Shown here piece by piece: positions 1 through 9,159 of a stretch of 32,000 nt of DNA. This DNA is from Desulfobulbus propionicus DSM 2032 (lineage in GTDB: Bacteria; Desulfobacterota; Desulfobulbia; Desulfobulbales; Desulfobulbaceae): assembly GCF_000186885.1 (NCBI RefSeq), contig NC_014972.1:1-32000 (forward strand), in the 5' to 3' direction. Position 1 is the first letter of the stretch, and the number at the start of each line of letters is the position of its first letter. The position numbers were made by a program, and so were the translations under genes. The notes beneath the pieces were generated by a model. That model was not told where the DNA came from. It saw nothing but the letters and a program-made list of their open reading frames with translations, and did no database searches.

Positions 1-91
1 AAAAAGCAAGAGAACTGTTCACTGGGAAGCGAGAGTATAGTATACTCCCCGAATGTTTCATCAACAAAGAGTTGTCGGGAGAATATTTACC

Positions 92-868
92 TTGGATACA
101 CACATCATCGCCCTTGCCAACCAGAAGGGCGGCGTCGGCAAGACCACCACTGCGTTGAACCTGGCGGCCGTACTGGCCGACAAGGGGAAGAAAGTACTGC
201 TGGTGGATTCCGATCCGCAGGGGAATGCTTCCAGCGGGGTCGGACTGTTCAATACCAATGAGGACAAGAATATCTACAGCTGCTACACCGGCGCCAAGGA
301 GGCCGTCGACTGCATTTTGCCCACCAAACAGAAGAATCTCTCCATCCTCCCGGCTTCCATTGATCTGGTCGGGGTCGAGGTGGAGTTGATCAGTCAGGAG
401 AATCGGGAGAAACGGCTTAAAGCCCTGCTTCGCCCGGTGCGGGAACAGTTCCACTACATTTTGATCGACTGCCCCCCTTCCCTGGGCATGCTCACCATCA
501 ACAGTCTTACCGCCGCCGACTCGGTGCTGATCCCCATGCAGTGTGAATATTTCGCCATGGAAGGACTGGCCCAGTTGATCCAGACCATCCGCAAGGTGAA
601 AAAGACCCTGAATCGCGAACTGTATGTCGAGGGGCTGTTGCTCACCATGTACGACCGTCGCAATCGGTTGACCCATTCGGTGGCCAGCGAGATTCAAAAG
701 CACTTTGGCGACCAGGTCTACAAGACCGTCATTCCACGTAATGTCCGGCTGAGTGAAAGCCCCAGCCACGGACAGACGATCATCGAATACGATCCCGGCA
801 GTACCGGGGCCAAGGCCTACCGGCAGCTGGGCGGCGAATTCCTCAAACGAACCAAGGCGAGGGCCTGA
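92..868 (+). CDS. parA: Chromosome partitioning ATPase ParA/Soj
   Basis: N-terminus HIIALANQKGGVGKTTTALNLAA deviant Walker A; LIDCPPSLGMLTINSL; followed by parB. The ORF is open from 53; TTG at 92 after GGGAG is a plausible start. Confidence 0.95.
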   Translation: MDTHIIALANQKGGVGKTTTALNLAAVLADKGKKVLLVDSDPQGNASSGVGLFNTNEDKNIYSCYTGAKEAVDCILPTKQKNLSILPASIDLVGVEVELISQENREKRLKALLRPVREQFHYILIDCPPSLGMLTINSLTAADSVLIPMQCEYFAMEGLAQLIQTIRKVKKTLNRELYVEGLLLTMYDRRNRLTHSVASEIQKHFGDQVYKTVIPRNVRLSESPSHGQTIIEYDPGSTGAKAYRQLGGEFLKRTKARA

Positions 869-870
869 GC

Positions 871-1749
871 ATGGGCAAGAACCCCTTGGGCCGGGGCGTG
901 GGCGCCCTGCTGCCCGAAGATGACCTGGTCGCGGAAGATAAGTATTTTATGTGTGATATCGATAAAATATCGCCAAACCCTAATCAGCCGCGCAGCCATT
1001 TCGATGCCGACAAGCTGCAACAGTTGGCCGATTCTATCCGGGAGAAAGGTGTGATCCAGCCGCTGCTGGTCGTCAGGGGGGGCGGCAACCGGTATACCCT
1101 GGTTGCCGGCGAGCGGCGGCTGCGGGCCGCCAAGCTGGCAGGGCGCGACGAGGTTCCCGTGGTAGTCATGGACGAGGCCAGCGACAACGAGAGCCTGGAG
1201 CTGGCCCTGATCGAAAACATCCAGCGCCACGACCTCAACCCCATCGAGGAGGCCATGGCCTATGCCCGGTTGATGGAGGAATTTCATCTCACCCAGGAGG
1301 AGGTGGCGAAAAAGGTCGGCCGCCAGCGCTCCACCATCACCAATGTGCTGCGCCTCCTCCAGCTGCCGCAGCCCTTGCAGGACGATGTGGTCCAGGGGGT
1401 GATCAGCGAAGGGCATGCTCGCGTGCTGCTACGGGTCAAGGATCAGCCGGAACAGCTGCGCCAGATCCGCGACCGGATCGTCAACGAGGAACTGTCGGTG
1501 CGGGCGGCGGAGCGGCTGTGCGGCAAAAAGTCGCAGGCGCCGGCCACCGACAAGACCGGTGAAGCTACGGCTCCCAAGCCGCCGGCGGAAGAGCTCCCTC
1601 CGGCGTACTGCGCCGCCGTGGTCAATCAGTTGACCAATCAGCTGCACACCAAGGTGCGCATTGTCCAGCAGGGCAAGCGCGGCAAGCTGGAGATCGAATA
1701 CTACTCCAGCGATGACCTGGATCGGTTGACCAGTCTGCTGTTACGCTAA
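871..1749 (+). CDS. parB: ParB/Spo0J family chromosome partitioning protein
   Basis: ISPNPNQPRSHFD, LVAGERRLRAAKLAG and ENIQRHDLNPIEEAMAY motifs, HTH region; directly after parA. Confidence 0.95.
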   Translation: MGKNPLGRGVGALLPEDDLVAEDKYFMCDIDKISPNPNQPRSHFDADKLQQLADSIREKGVIQPLLVVRGGGNRYTLVAGERRLRAAKLAGRDEVPVVVMDEASDNESLELALIENIQRHDLNPIEEAMAYARLMEEFHLTQEEVAKKVGRQRSTITNVLRLLQLPQPLQDDVVQGVISEGHARVLLRVKDQPEQLRQIRDRIVNEELSVRAAERLCGKKSQAPATDKTGEATAPKPPAEELPPAYCAAVVNQLTNQLHTKVRIVQQGKRGKLEIEYYSSDDLDRLTSLLLR

Positions 1750-1766
1750 CGACCTTGGGAACCGGC

Positions 1767-1940
1767 ATGGCACCGCGGCGATCACCAGGCCCGAGCAAGG
1801 AGCGGCAAAGGCGCATTGCCCCCTTGGTGGTGATCGGTTTTTTTCTACTTCTGCTGCTGATCGGCATTGCCGTCGATGAGCCGACGCGGGTGCTCGAACA
1901 GGCCCGTGCCATCTGCCTGGGCTGCATCGGGATCGGGTGA
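1767..1940 (+). CDS. Small single-TM protein with C-terminal CXXC motif (CD1871A-like)
   Basis: ORF 1755..1940 with TM segment LVVIGFFLLLLLIGIAV and C-terminus ARAICLGCIGIG; its stop overlaps the GTG start of the next gene (GTGA). Start could be TTG 1755 or ATG 1767. Confidence 0.65.
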   Translation: MAPRRSPGPSKERQRRIAPLVVIGFFLLLLLIGIAVDEPTRVLEQARAICLGCIGIG

Positions 1941-2857
1941 ACGGGCTGGACATGGAAACCCTGCGCAGATGGATCCAGATCCTGTGGCTGTTCCTGTCCA
2001 ATGGCTATTGGGGATTTCCTTGGAGCGGCACGCTCTATCAGGGACCGCTGAAAGTGCTCTGCTCGCCCGGCCTCAACTGCTATTCCTGCCCGGCCTCGAC
2101 CACCTTTTGCCCCATCGGCAGTCTTCAACAGTTGCTGCTGGGGGTGCGGATGTCGCTCCAGGCCGGGCAATACCATCTCGGCACCTATGTACTGGGCAGC
2201 ATGGGCTTGCTCGGTGCCCTATTCGGGCGGTTGCTCTGCGGTTGGGCCTGCCCCTTCGGCCTAGTGCAAGAGTGGCTGCACCGCATCCCCTCACCCACAT
2301 TCGCTGTGCCACGGGTGCTGGGCTGGGGCAAGTATCTGGTGTTGCTGCTGCTGGTGCTTGTGCTGCCGCTGGTAGTGGTCGATGAGTTCGGCATGGGCAA
2401 ACCCTGGTTCTGCACCTATCTCTGCCCGGCCGGCACCCTGGAGGCAGGCATTCCCATGCTGCTCCTCAGCCCGGATCTGCGGCCCGCCGCCGGCCTGCTC
2501 TATGGCTACAAACTGGCTCTCCTGGCGTCTCTCCTCCTGTGGAGCATCGTCGCTTCCCGGCCATTTTGCCGCACCCTCTGCCCCCTGGGCGCTTTTTACG
2601 GCCTGTTGAACCGGTACAGCCTGATTCAGTTGAAATTTACTGCCGATGCCTGTACAAAGTGCGGTGCGTGCCATCGGGTGTGCCCGGTGGGCGTTCGCGT
2701 TGACGAATCGCCGAACAGTGCCGAATGCATCCGCTGCCTGCGTTGCTGCACCGAGTGCCGTCAGCAGGCGCTGTCCCTGGACATTGCCGGGCACACGCTT
2801 TCGTTGGCGGCGAGGACATCGCCCGATCCATCCTGCAATCAAGGAGCCCGGTCATGA
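1937..2857 (+). CDS. Membrane-bound 4Fe-4S binding protein (NapH/polyferredoxin-like)
   Basis: Multiple TM helices; CGWACPFGLVQEW and CRTLCPLGAFYGLLNR motifs; two CxxCxxCxxxCP-type clusters near the C-terminus (CTKCGACHRVCPVG, CIRCLRCCTEC). Confidence 0.85.
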   Translation: MNGLDMETLRRWIQILWLFLSNGYWGFPWSGTLYQGPLKVLCSPGLNCYSCPASTTFCPIGSLQQLLLGVRMSLQAGQYHLGTYVLGSMGLLGALFGRLLCGWACPFGLVQEWLHRIPSPTFAVPRVLGWGKYLVLLLLVLVLPLVVVDEFGMGKPWFCTYLCPAGTLEAGIPMLLLSPDLRPAAGLLYGYKLALLASLLLWSIVASRPFCRTLCPLGAFYGLLNRYSLIQLKFTADACTKCGACHRVCPVGVRVDESPNSAECIRCLRCCTECRQQALSLDIAGHTLSLAARTSPDPSCNQGARS

Positions 2858-3315
2858 CCTTGCGACGTGCTCTGTTTGCCTGCACTGTTTCGCTGTTGCT
2901 GCTGGTCCGTTCCGTTGCTGCGGCCGAGATGGTATCCATTGCCGGCGAGGAGATCAACATGCGCTCCGGTCCAGGCACCGAGCATGAGGTGTTGTGGAAA
3001 ATCAGCGACGGATTCCCGCTCGAGGTGCTCGCCACCAAGGGCGACTGGTTGCAGGTCCAGGATTTTGAGGGCAGCAGCGGGTGGGTGCACAAGAAAACCA
3101 CCCGGGCCACGCCGCACATGATCGTCAAGGCCAACCGCGGCACCGCGCAGCAGATCAACGTGCGCCGCGAACCGAGCACCAAGGCCGCGGTGGTGGCAAC
3201 GGCCAGTTACGGTGTGGTGTTCAAGACCCTGGAACGTCAAGGCACCTGGGTCAAGGTCGAGCACGGCCAAGGGGTAACCGGGTGGGTTGAAGGCAGCCTG
3301 CTTTGGGGGTTCTAG
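2854..3315 (+). CDS. Secreted bacterial SH3-domain protein, two SH3 repeats
   Basis: ATGA overlap with the upstream stop; signal peptide MTLRRALFACTVSLLLLVRSVAAA; INMRSGPGTEHEVLWKI...GWVHK and INVRREPSTKAAVVATA...GWVEGSLLWGF. Confidence 0.8.
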   Translation: MTLRRALFACTVSLLLLVRSVAAAEMVSIAGEEINMRSGPGTEHEVLWKISDGFPLEVLATKGDWLQVQDFEGSSGWVHKKTTRATPHMIVKANRGTAQQINVRREPSTKAAVVATASYGVVFKTLERQGTWVKVEHGQGVTGWVEGSLLWGF

Positions 3316-3417
3316 GCCCGAGTTTCGCAGCGAAAGTCAGCGTCCCGTTTTTTCATCGTTCCCATCCTTCCGCTTCGGCACGGTATCAGCTCCGTTGGGT
3401 TGCGAGGTTTTGGAAAT

Positions 3418-4236
3418 ATGTACGACGTAACCCGATCGATCCCGATGATTCCCGACAAGAAACTGATCAAACTCCGGTTCGAGCAGGCCGCCGCCACCTA
3501 CGAACAGCAGGCAACGGTGCAGCATCGAGTGGCTGACCGCCTCCTGGGCTTGCTGAACGACAGCGCCCCCGGGGTGACCCCGGAACAGATTCTCGAGATC
3601 GGCTGCTGCACGGGACTGCTCACCGAAAAGGTGCTGGAGCGCTACCCGTCGATCCAGCAGCTGACGGTCAGCGACCTGGTGGCCGCCTTCGAACAGTGCG
3701 TGTGCCGCAAGGCTGGTCTCCGGGTCGACAATATCACCTTCTTGGCTGGGGATATCGAAACGATTCGGCTGCCGGCACGCTATGATTTGATCATTTCCTC
3801 GTCCACCCTGCACTGGGTGCATGATCTGCCGGCGTTGTGCGCCAAACTGCATCGTCACCTGCAGCCCCAGGGCACCCTGGCGTTTTCCCTCTACGGCAAG
3901 GACAATCTGGCCGAGATTCGCGCCGTGACCGGCGTGGGGCTGGCCTATCGCAATCTGGATCAGCTGCGGACAGTGGTGGCGGAACGGTTCGACATTCTGG
4001 CCGCCGAGGAGACACGGGAAACCCTGTGGTATCCGGACCCGATCGCCGTGCTCCAGCACCTGCGGGCCACCGGCGTCAATTCGATCGGTCAACGCCCCTG
4101 GACCAGACGCCAGGTTAACGCCTTCAGCCACGCGTACAGAGATCGGTTCTCCGGCCAGCAGGGCGTCCGTCTGACCTATCATCCGATGTTCATTGTGGCC
4201 CGCCCCCGGTACCAGGCAGAGGGACGGATCGGTTAG
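3418..4236 (+). CDS. bioC: Malonyl-[acyl-carrier protein] O-methyltransferase BioC-like
   Basis: SAM motif ILEIGCCTGLLTEKVL; SSTLHWVHDLPALCAKLHRHLQPQGTLAFSLYG; followed by bioD. Open from 3400 (TTG). Confidence 0.8.
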   Translation: MYDVTRSIPMIPDKKLIKLRFEQAAATYEQQATVQHRVADRLLGLLNDSAPGVTPEQILEIGCCTGLLTEKVLERYPSIQQLTVSDLVAAFEQCVCRKAGLRVDNITFLAGDIETIRLPARYDLIISSSTLHWVHDLPALCAKLHRHLQPQGTLAFSLYGKDNLAEIRAVTGVGLAYRNLDQLRTVVAERFDILAAEETRETLWYPDPIAVLQHLRATGVNSIGQRPWTRRQVNAFSHAYRDRFSGQQGVRLTYHPMFIVARPRYQAEGRIG

Positions 4237-4261
4237 TCTTCATCCTCCGCGAGGAATACGC

Positions 4262-4966
4262 ATGACCGCAGCGCACGTCACCATTGCCGTGGGCGGCATC
4301 GATACCGATGTCGGCAAGAGTTATGTGACCGGGTTGTTCGCCCGGTATCTCATCCAGCAGGGGCACAAGGTCACCACCCTCAAACTGGTGCAGACCGGCT
4401 GCGCCGAAACGTCTGATGATATTCGCCTTCACCGGCAGCTGATGGGCCAGCCGTTGTCCGCGTTTGACCGCGATGGCACCACCTGTCCGTACGTCTTTCC
4501 CTATCCGGCCTCGCCGCTGCTGTCGGCCCGCATGGTCGGCCGGGTGATCGAGGCCCAGGTTTTGGACCGGGCCATGGCCACCCTACAGGAGCACCATGAC
4601 TGGCTCTTGGTGGAGGGAGCCGGTGGTCTGCTGGTGCCGCTCAACCCGGAGCTGCTGCTGCTCGACTATTTTGCCGCGAGGCAGCTGCCGATGCTCCTTG
4701 TCTGCTCGCCCCGCCTTGGGTCGATCAATCATACCCGGCTCAGCCTCGAGGCGATCAAGGCACGCCGCATTCCCTTGTTGGGATTGGTTTATAATCTGTT
4801 TGGCAATCACCCCCGCGAAATCGTCCAGGACACCCTGCTCGAATGCCGCAAGGCCCTGCGCGATTACGGCTTTGCCGAAACCCTGGTGATCGTCCCCGAT
4901 GCCAGGGAAAGCACCTCCGCCGCCTGGCAGACCTTGGTCACTGCCGCCCAACAGCTGCGTTCATAA
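4262..4966 (+). CDS. bioD: Dethiobiotin synthetase
   Basis: P-loop VGGIDTDVGKSYVTGLFA; KLVQTGC; VEGAGGLLVPLN. Confidence 0.9.
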   Translation: MTAAHVTIAVGGIDTDVGKSYVTGLFARYLIQQGHKVTTLKLVQTGCAETSDDIRLHRQLMGQPLSAFDRDGTTCPYVFPYPASPLLSARMVGRVIEAQVLDRAMATLQEHHDWLLVEGAGGLLVPLNPELLLLDYFAARQLPMLLVCSPRLGSINHTRLSLEAIKARRIPLLGLVYNLFGNHPREIVQDTLLECRKALRDYGFAETLVIVPDARESTSAAWQTLVTAAQQLRS

Positions 4967-5480
4967 CCAGGCCAGCGCGGCTGGCCCTCCCCCCTTGTTC
5001 ATCGCTGTTTGCCAGCACAAACGGCGGGTGAACGATTGTCTCCCGCACGTCTTCACGCTACCGCCACGCATCTTTTCGCCCCCGGTTGACCGTTTTCTTC
5101 CCTGCTCGTTTTGCTCCTTCGTGTTTCGTGATCCTGCGCTGCATCGCATCGGCGCAGTGGGGCATGTCCCGCCCGCATGGGCTGTCCATTGAGGTAGAAG
5201 GAGGATTTTGTGCGTAATGGGCGATTATCGCCGCAACAAAAAAAGCGAGAGGCCGACAAAAAACGGGCAACAAGCAATCCCCTTGCGCTGCGAGTATTGG
5301 CGATCAGGGAGAGGAGAAGACAGTTTTGAAAAATAATAATTTCCGCTTATTGGCAACCATGTGGAGGGGTTCTGGGGCTACCAATGAATCAACTTGTGCG
5401 ATATGTGCAAAATAGAAAATATATTGCGAAGAATGGCCGCCTTTTCTATAGAAAGGGCACCTGTGTGATCGCCGGGACAG

Positions 5481-5504
5481 TTTTCAGTAAAATAGAACTG
5501 AAAA
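5481..5504. promoter_or_regulatory. Inverted repeat upstream of hdrA, possible operator or hairpin
   Basis: TTTTCAGT-N8-ACTGAAAA, exact 8-bp arms in the AT-rich leader of hdrA. Confidence 0.4.
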
Positions 5505-5604
5505 ATCAATAAAATATATGTCAAAACCGGTGACAGCAGAAAAGGCCAGCTGGCCTGTGGGCGCGAATTCGCGGAGACCTATTATTTGAGAGAAGGAGGC
5601 CTGT

Positions 5605-7614
5605 ATGGCGAAAGTCGGAGTGTACGTCTGTCATTGCGGTTCCAACATTGCCGGCGTCATCGACGTGGCGGCGGTCCGCGACTTTGCGGAAACGCTTCCC
5701 GATGTGGTGATTGCGCGCAAGGATCTGTTCATGTGCTCGGATTCAGGGCAGGAGATGGTCAAGCAGGATGTCCGCGACGGCGTGGTGGACCGGGTCGTGG
5801 TCGCTGCCTGTACGCCGCGAACCCACGAGCCGATCTTCCGCGCGGCCGTCGAAAAGGCCGGGCTCAACAAGTACCTGTTCGAGATGGCCAATATCCGTGA
5901 CCAGGACAGCTGGGTCCATGCCCACGATCACGAGGGTGCCACCGAGAAAGCCAAGCAGATTGTGGCTTCGGCCGTGGCCAAGGCCCGCAATCTCGAACCG
6001 CTGGAAGACAAGTTTGTGCCGGTCACCGACGCGGCCCTGGTCATTGGCGCGGGCATCGGCGGCATCAGCGCCGCCCTGGAACTGGCCAACATGGGCCACA
6101 AGACCTATCTGGTCGAAAAACGCCCCTCCATTGGAGGTGTGATGGCCCAACTCGACAAGACCTTTCCCACCAACGACTGCTCGGCCTGTATCCTCACGCC
6201 GATGATGGTCGAGGCCTATAACCACCCCAACATCGAAACCATGACCTATTCGGAGGTGGACGATGTCAGCGGCTATATCGGCAACTTCAAGGTCAAGGTG
6301 CGGCGCAAGCAGACCTATGTCGACTGGAACAAGTGCACCGGCTGCGGCGACTGCGCCTCCAAGTGCCCCGCCAAGACCCCGGACGAGTTCAATGCCGGCC
6401 TCTCCGACCGCCGGGCCGCCTTCATCATGTTCCCGCAGGCGGTGCCGAAAAAGGCGGTGATCGACATCGACCATTGCATCAACTGCGCTGGCCGCGAAAT
6501 CGGCACCCAGCCGAAAAGCAACCAGAAGACCGGCCGGCCGATCCTCGCGCCCTGCGAACGCGCCTGTCCGGCCGAGGCCATCAACCGCTCCCTTGCCCAT
6601 GACCCGAACGGAACGATCCGCGAGATCGAGGTCGGCTCCATCGTCGTCGCCACCGGCTATCAGGTGATGGACAAGGACTGGTTCAAGGAAATGGCCCCAG
6701 CCTCGCCCAATGTCATCACCGCCTTGCAGCTGGAGCGCATCATCTCCGCCACCGGGCCGACCGAGGGCAAGCTGCTGCGGCCCTCGGATCACGAAAAGCC
6801 GCACACCATCACCTTTGTCTCCTGCATGGGCTCGCGCGACGAGCACTTCCACTCCTACTGTTCGCGTTTCTGCTGCATGTACATGATCAAGCAGGCCCGC
6901 CTGATCAAGGAGAAGTACCCACAGATCACCATCAACATGCACTTCATCGATGTGCGCGCCTTTGGCAAGGGCTACGAGGAGTACTACACCGGCGCCCGCA
7001 AGATGGGGATCAACTTCTTCAAAGGCAAGGTCGGCGGGCTGGAGATGCTGCCCGGCGACAAGTTGCGCGTGCTCGCCTACGACATGGAGGCCGCCACCCC
7101 GATCGAGTACGCGTCCGACCTGGTGGTTCTGGCCACGGCGGTCGAGTTGCCCAAGGATGCGGTGGGCCTGGCGCAGAAGCTTGGCCTCCAGTTCTGCGGC
7201 TCCAACTTCTTCCGCGAACTGCATCCCAAACTGGGACCGGTCGAAACCGCGGTCGAAGGCCTGTTCGTGGCCGGCTGCTGTCAGGGGCCCAAGGATATCC
7301 CCGACACCGTGGCCCAGGCCAAGGGGGCTGCCGCTGCCGCTGCCGTGCCCCTGGCCCAGGGCAAGGTCAAGATCGAGCCGATCATCTCCGAGGTGCATCA
7401 GGAGATCTGCTCCGGTTGCGGCATCTGCGTGCCGCTCTGTCCCTACCACGCCATCAGCATGCAACCCTCTGACAATGGCCCTAGAGCCCGGATCGAGATG
7501 AGTGCCTGCAAGGGCTGCGGCGTCTGCACCTCGGCCTGCCCGTCTGGCGCCATTGTCCTGCACGGCTATGAAGAAGCGCAGATTTTCGCCCAGATCGAGG
7601 CGCTGACCGCCTGA
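5605..7614 (+). CDS. hdrA: CoB-CoM heterodisulfide reductase-like iron-sulfur flavoprotein subunit A
   Basis: AAGGAGG ribosome site; VCHCGSNIAGVIDV N-terminal motif; FAD motif ALVIGAGIGGISAALELANMGH; EKRPSIGGVMAQLDKTFPTNDCSACILTPMM; C-terminal CSGCGICVPLCPYHAI and CKGCGVCTSACPSGAI ferredoxin motifs. Confidence 0.95.
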   Translation: MAKVGVYVCHCGSNIAGVIDVAAVRDFAETLPDVVIARKDLFMCSDSGQEMVKQDVRDGVVDRVVVAACTPRTHEPIFRAAVEKAGLNKYLFEMANIRDQDSWVHAHDHEGATEKAKQIVASAVAKARNLEPLEDKFVPVTDAALVIGAGIGGISAALELANMGHKTYLVEKRPSIGGVMAQLDKTFPTNDCSACILTPMMVEAYNHPNIETMTYSEVDDVSGYIGNFKVKVRRKQTYVDWNKCTGCGDCASKCPAKTPDEFNAGLSDRRAAFIMFPQAVPKKAVIDIDHCINCAGREIGTQPKSNQKTGRPILAPCERACPAEAINRSLAHDPNGTIREIEVGSIVVATGYQVMDKDWFKEMAPASPNVITALQLERIISATGPTEGKLLRPSDHEKPHTITFVSCMGSRDEHFHSYCSRFCCMYMIKQARLIKEKYPQITINMHFIDVRAFGKGYEEYYTGARKMGINFFKGKVGGLEMLPGDKLRVLAYDMEAATPIEYASDLVVLATAVELPKDAVGLAQKLGLQFCGSNFFRELHPKLGPVETAVEGLFVAGCCQGPKDIPDTVAQAKGAAAAAAVPLAQGKVKIEPIISEVHQEICSGCGICVPLCPYHAISMQPSDNGPRARIEMSACKGCGVCTSACPSGAIVLHGYEEAQIFAQIEALTA

Positions 7615-7628
7615 GAGGAGAGACCATC

Positions 7629-8132
7629 ATGATTATCGACCAAAGCAAAATCGACGAGGCCATCGCTACCATTATCGGCTACGGCGGCCACAACATCCTC
7701 AACTGCATCCAATGCGGCGCCTGTTCGGCGGTCTGTCCCGGGGTCCGCGCCGGATTCCCCCTGCTGTGCCGCACCCTGATCCGTCACCTGCAGAGCGGCG
7801 AGCTGGAGGAGATCATCGAAGACGCCTCCAGTTGGGGCTGCCAGGCCTGCAACCGCTGCACCGAGGTCTGCCCGCGCGACGTGCGCCCGCAGGAGGTGGT
7901 GTTTGCCTTTCGCCGCTACCAGGCCAATCAGCTGGCCTTTTCGACCTCCTCGGTCACCAGCCAGATGAACCTGTTCGAGACCGGGCACGCGGTGTACACC
8001 GACCCCCGCGAGCTGCGCACGCGGGTGGGGCTGCCGGCCCAGACGCCGACCTCCGCCTTTGACGACCAGGCCAAGCAGGAAATCCAGACCCTGATCAACA
8101 ACAGCCCCATGGGCGAGTTGGGACTCTTTTAA
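7629..8132 (+). CDS. hdrC: Heterodisulfide reductase subunit C-like (two 4Fe-4S clusters)
   Basis: CIQCGACSAVCPG and CQACNRCTEVCPRDVRPQEVVFAFRRYQ; sits between hdrA and hdrB. Confidence 0.93.
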   Translation: MIIDQSKIDEAIATIIGYGGHNILNCIQCGACSAVCPGVRAGFPLLCRTLIRHLQSGELEEIIEDASSWGCQACNRCTEVCPRDVRPQEVVFAFRRYQANQLAFSTSSVTSQMNLFETGHAVYTDPRELRTRVGLPAQTPTSAFDDQAKQEIQTLINNSPMGELGLF

Positions 8133-8241
8133 CCAGCAGAGTTGGACCAGATTGCCCAACCGCACAACGAACAATGAATAAGGAGTCTTGGCAGAGGAGC
8201 TTTTTCGCCCCGGGACTCTTTTCATAGACAAGGTGAAACTC

Positions 8242-9159
8242 ATGGAAAAAATCGGATTATATCTCGGCTGCAACATCCCGCTGAAAGCGCCGGACATCGA
8301 GCAGTCCATCCGCAAGATCCTGCCGGTGCTCGGCATCGAGCCGGTTGACCTGCAGGGCGCCTCCTGTTGCCCGGCCTGGGGCACGGCCCCCTCATTCGAC
8401 CTCAACACCTGGTGCGCCATCTCCAGCCGCAACATCACCATCGCCGAAGCCCAGGGCGTGGACATCATGACCGGCTGCAACTCCTGCTTTGGCGTGCTCT
8501 CCGAGGCCAAGCACTTTCTCGATGACCCGGCGCGACGCAAGGCGGTCAATCAGAGCCTCGCCGCCATCAACCGCGAGTTCAAGGGCACCTCGGACATCTA
8601 CCATGTCGCCCATGTGCTCCATCGCAAGGTGGGCGTGGAGAAGATCCGCGAGAATCTTAAGTACTCCCTTGGTGGACTGAAAATTGCGGTGCAGACCGGT
8701 TGCCACACCCTCTGGCCCTCGGATGTCTACAAGATCAAGGAGGACAACCCTTACTATCCGACCATCCTCCGCGATCTTTGCGAGGCCACCGGCGCCACCG
8801 TGCCGCATTATTCCCGTTTGGAGAGCTGTTGCGGCATGGGCGGCATGCGTTCCACCGACGTGGAGAAATCGCTGAAGCTGTTCCGCGACAAACTGCTGTC
8901 GATCAAGGAGGAAACCGACGCCGACCTGATCGTCACCACCTGTTCGTCCTGCTTCCTCCAGTTCGACATGTCCCAGCCGATCCTCAAGGAGCGCGGCCTG
9001 ATCGACTTCGAACCGATTCCGACCTTTTACTATACCCAGTTGCTGGCTCTGGCCATGGGATGTGATCCCGCCCAGGTGGCCGCCCTCTCGCAGATCGACC
9101 GCAGCGGTATCATCAGCGAGATCCAAAGCGAACAACGTCTGATCAAGGAGGTGGCCTGA
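8242..9159 (+). CDS. hdrB: Heterodisulfide reductase subunit B-like (CCG domains)
   Basis: IGLYLGCNIPLKAPDIEQSIRKIL; two cysteine-rich CCG-type motifs (GASCCPAWG...GCNSCFG; ESCCGMGGMR). ORF is open from 8188. Confidence 0.93.
   Translation: MEKIGLYLGCNIPLKAPDIEQSIRKILPVLGIEPVDLQGASCCPAWGTAPSFDLNTWCAISSRNITIAEAQGVDIMTGCNSCFGVLSEAKHFLDDPARRKAVNQSLAAINREFKGTSDIYHVAHVLHRKVGVEKIRENLKYSLGGLKIAVQTGCHTLWPSDVYKIKEDNPYYPTILRDLCEATGATVPHYSRLESCCGMGGMRSTDVEKSLKLFRDKLLSIKEETDADLIVTTCSSCFLQFDMSQPILKERGLIDFEPIPTFYYTQLLALAMGCDPAQVAALSQIDRSGIISEIQSEQRLIKEVA

Noticed and set aside
54-60. TGTTTCA resembling a parS half-site
   Set aside because: The sequence continues TCAACAAAG and lacks the second palindromic arm (TGAAACA), so it is not a convincing parS.
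3323-3335. TTTCGC-A-GCGAAA palindrome after the SH3 gene as a terminator
   Set aside because: Only 6-bp arms, and the T-run starts more than 10 nt after the stem.
5743-7563. 606-aa minus-strand ORF
   Set aside because: Fully antisense to hdrA, whose protein has clear family motifs; low-complexity Gly/Asp/His/Val composition typical of GC-rich shadow ORFs.
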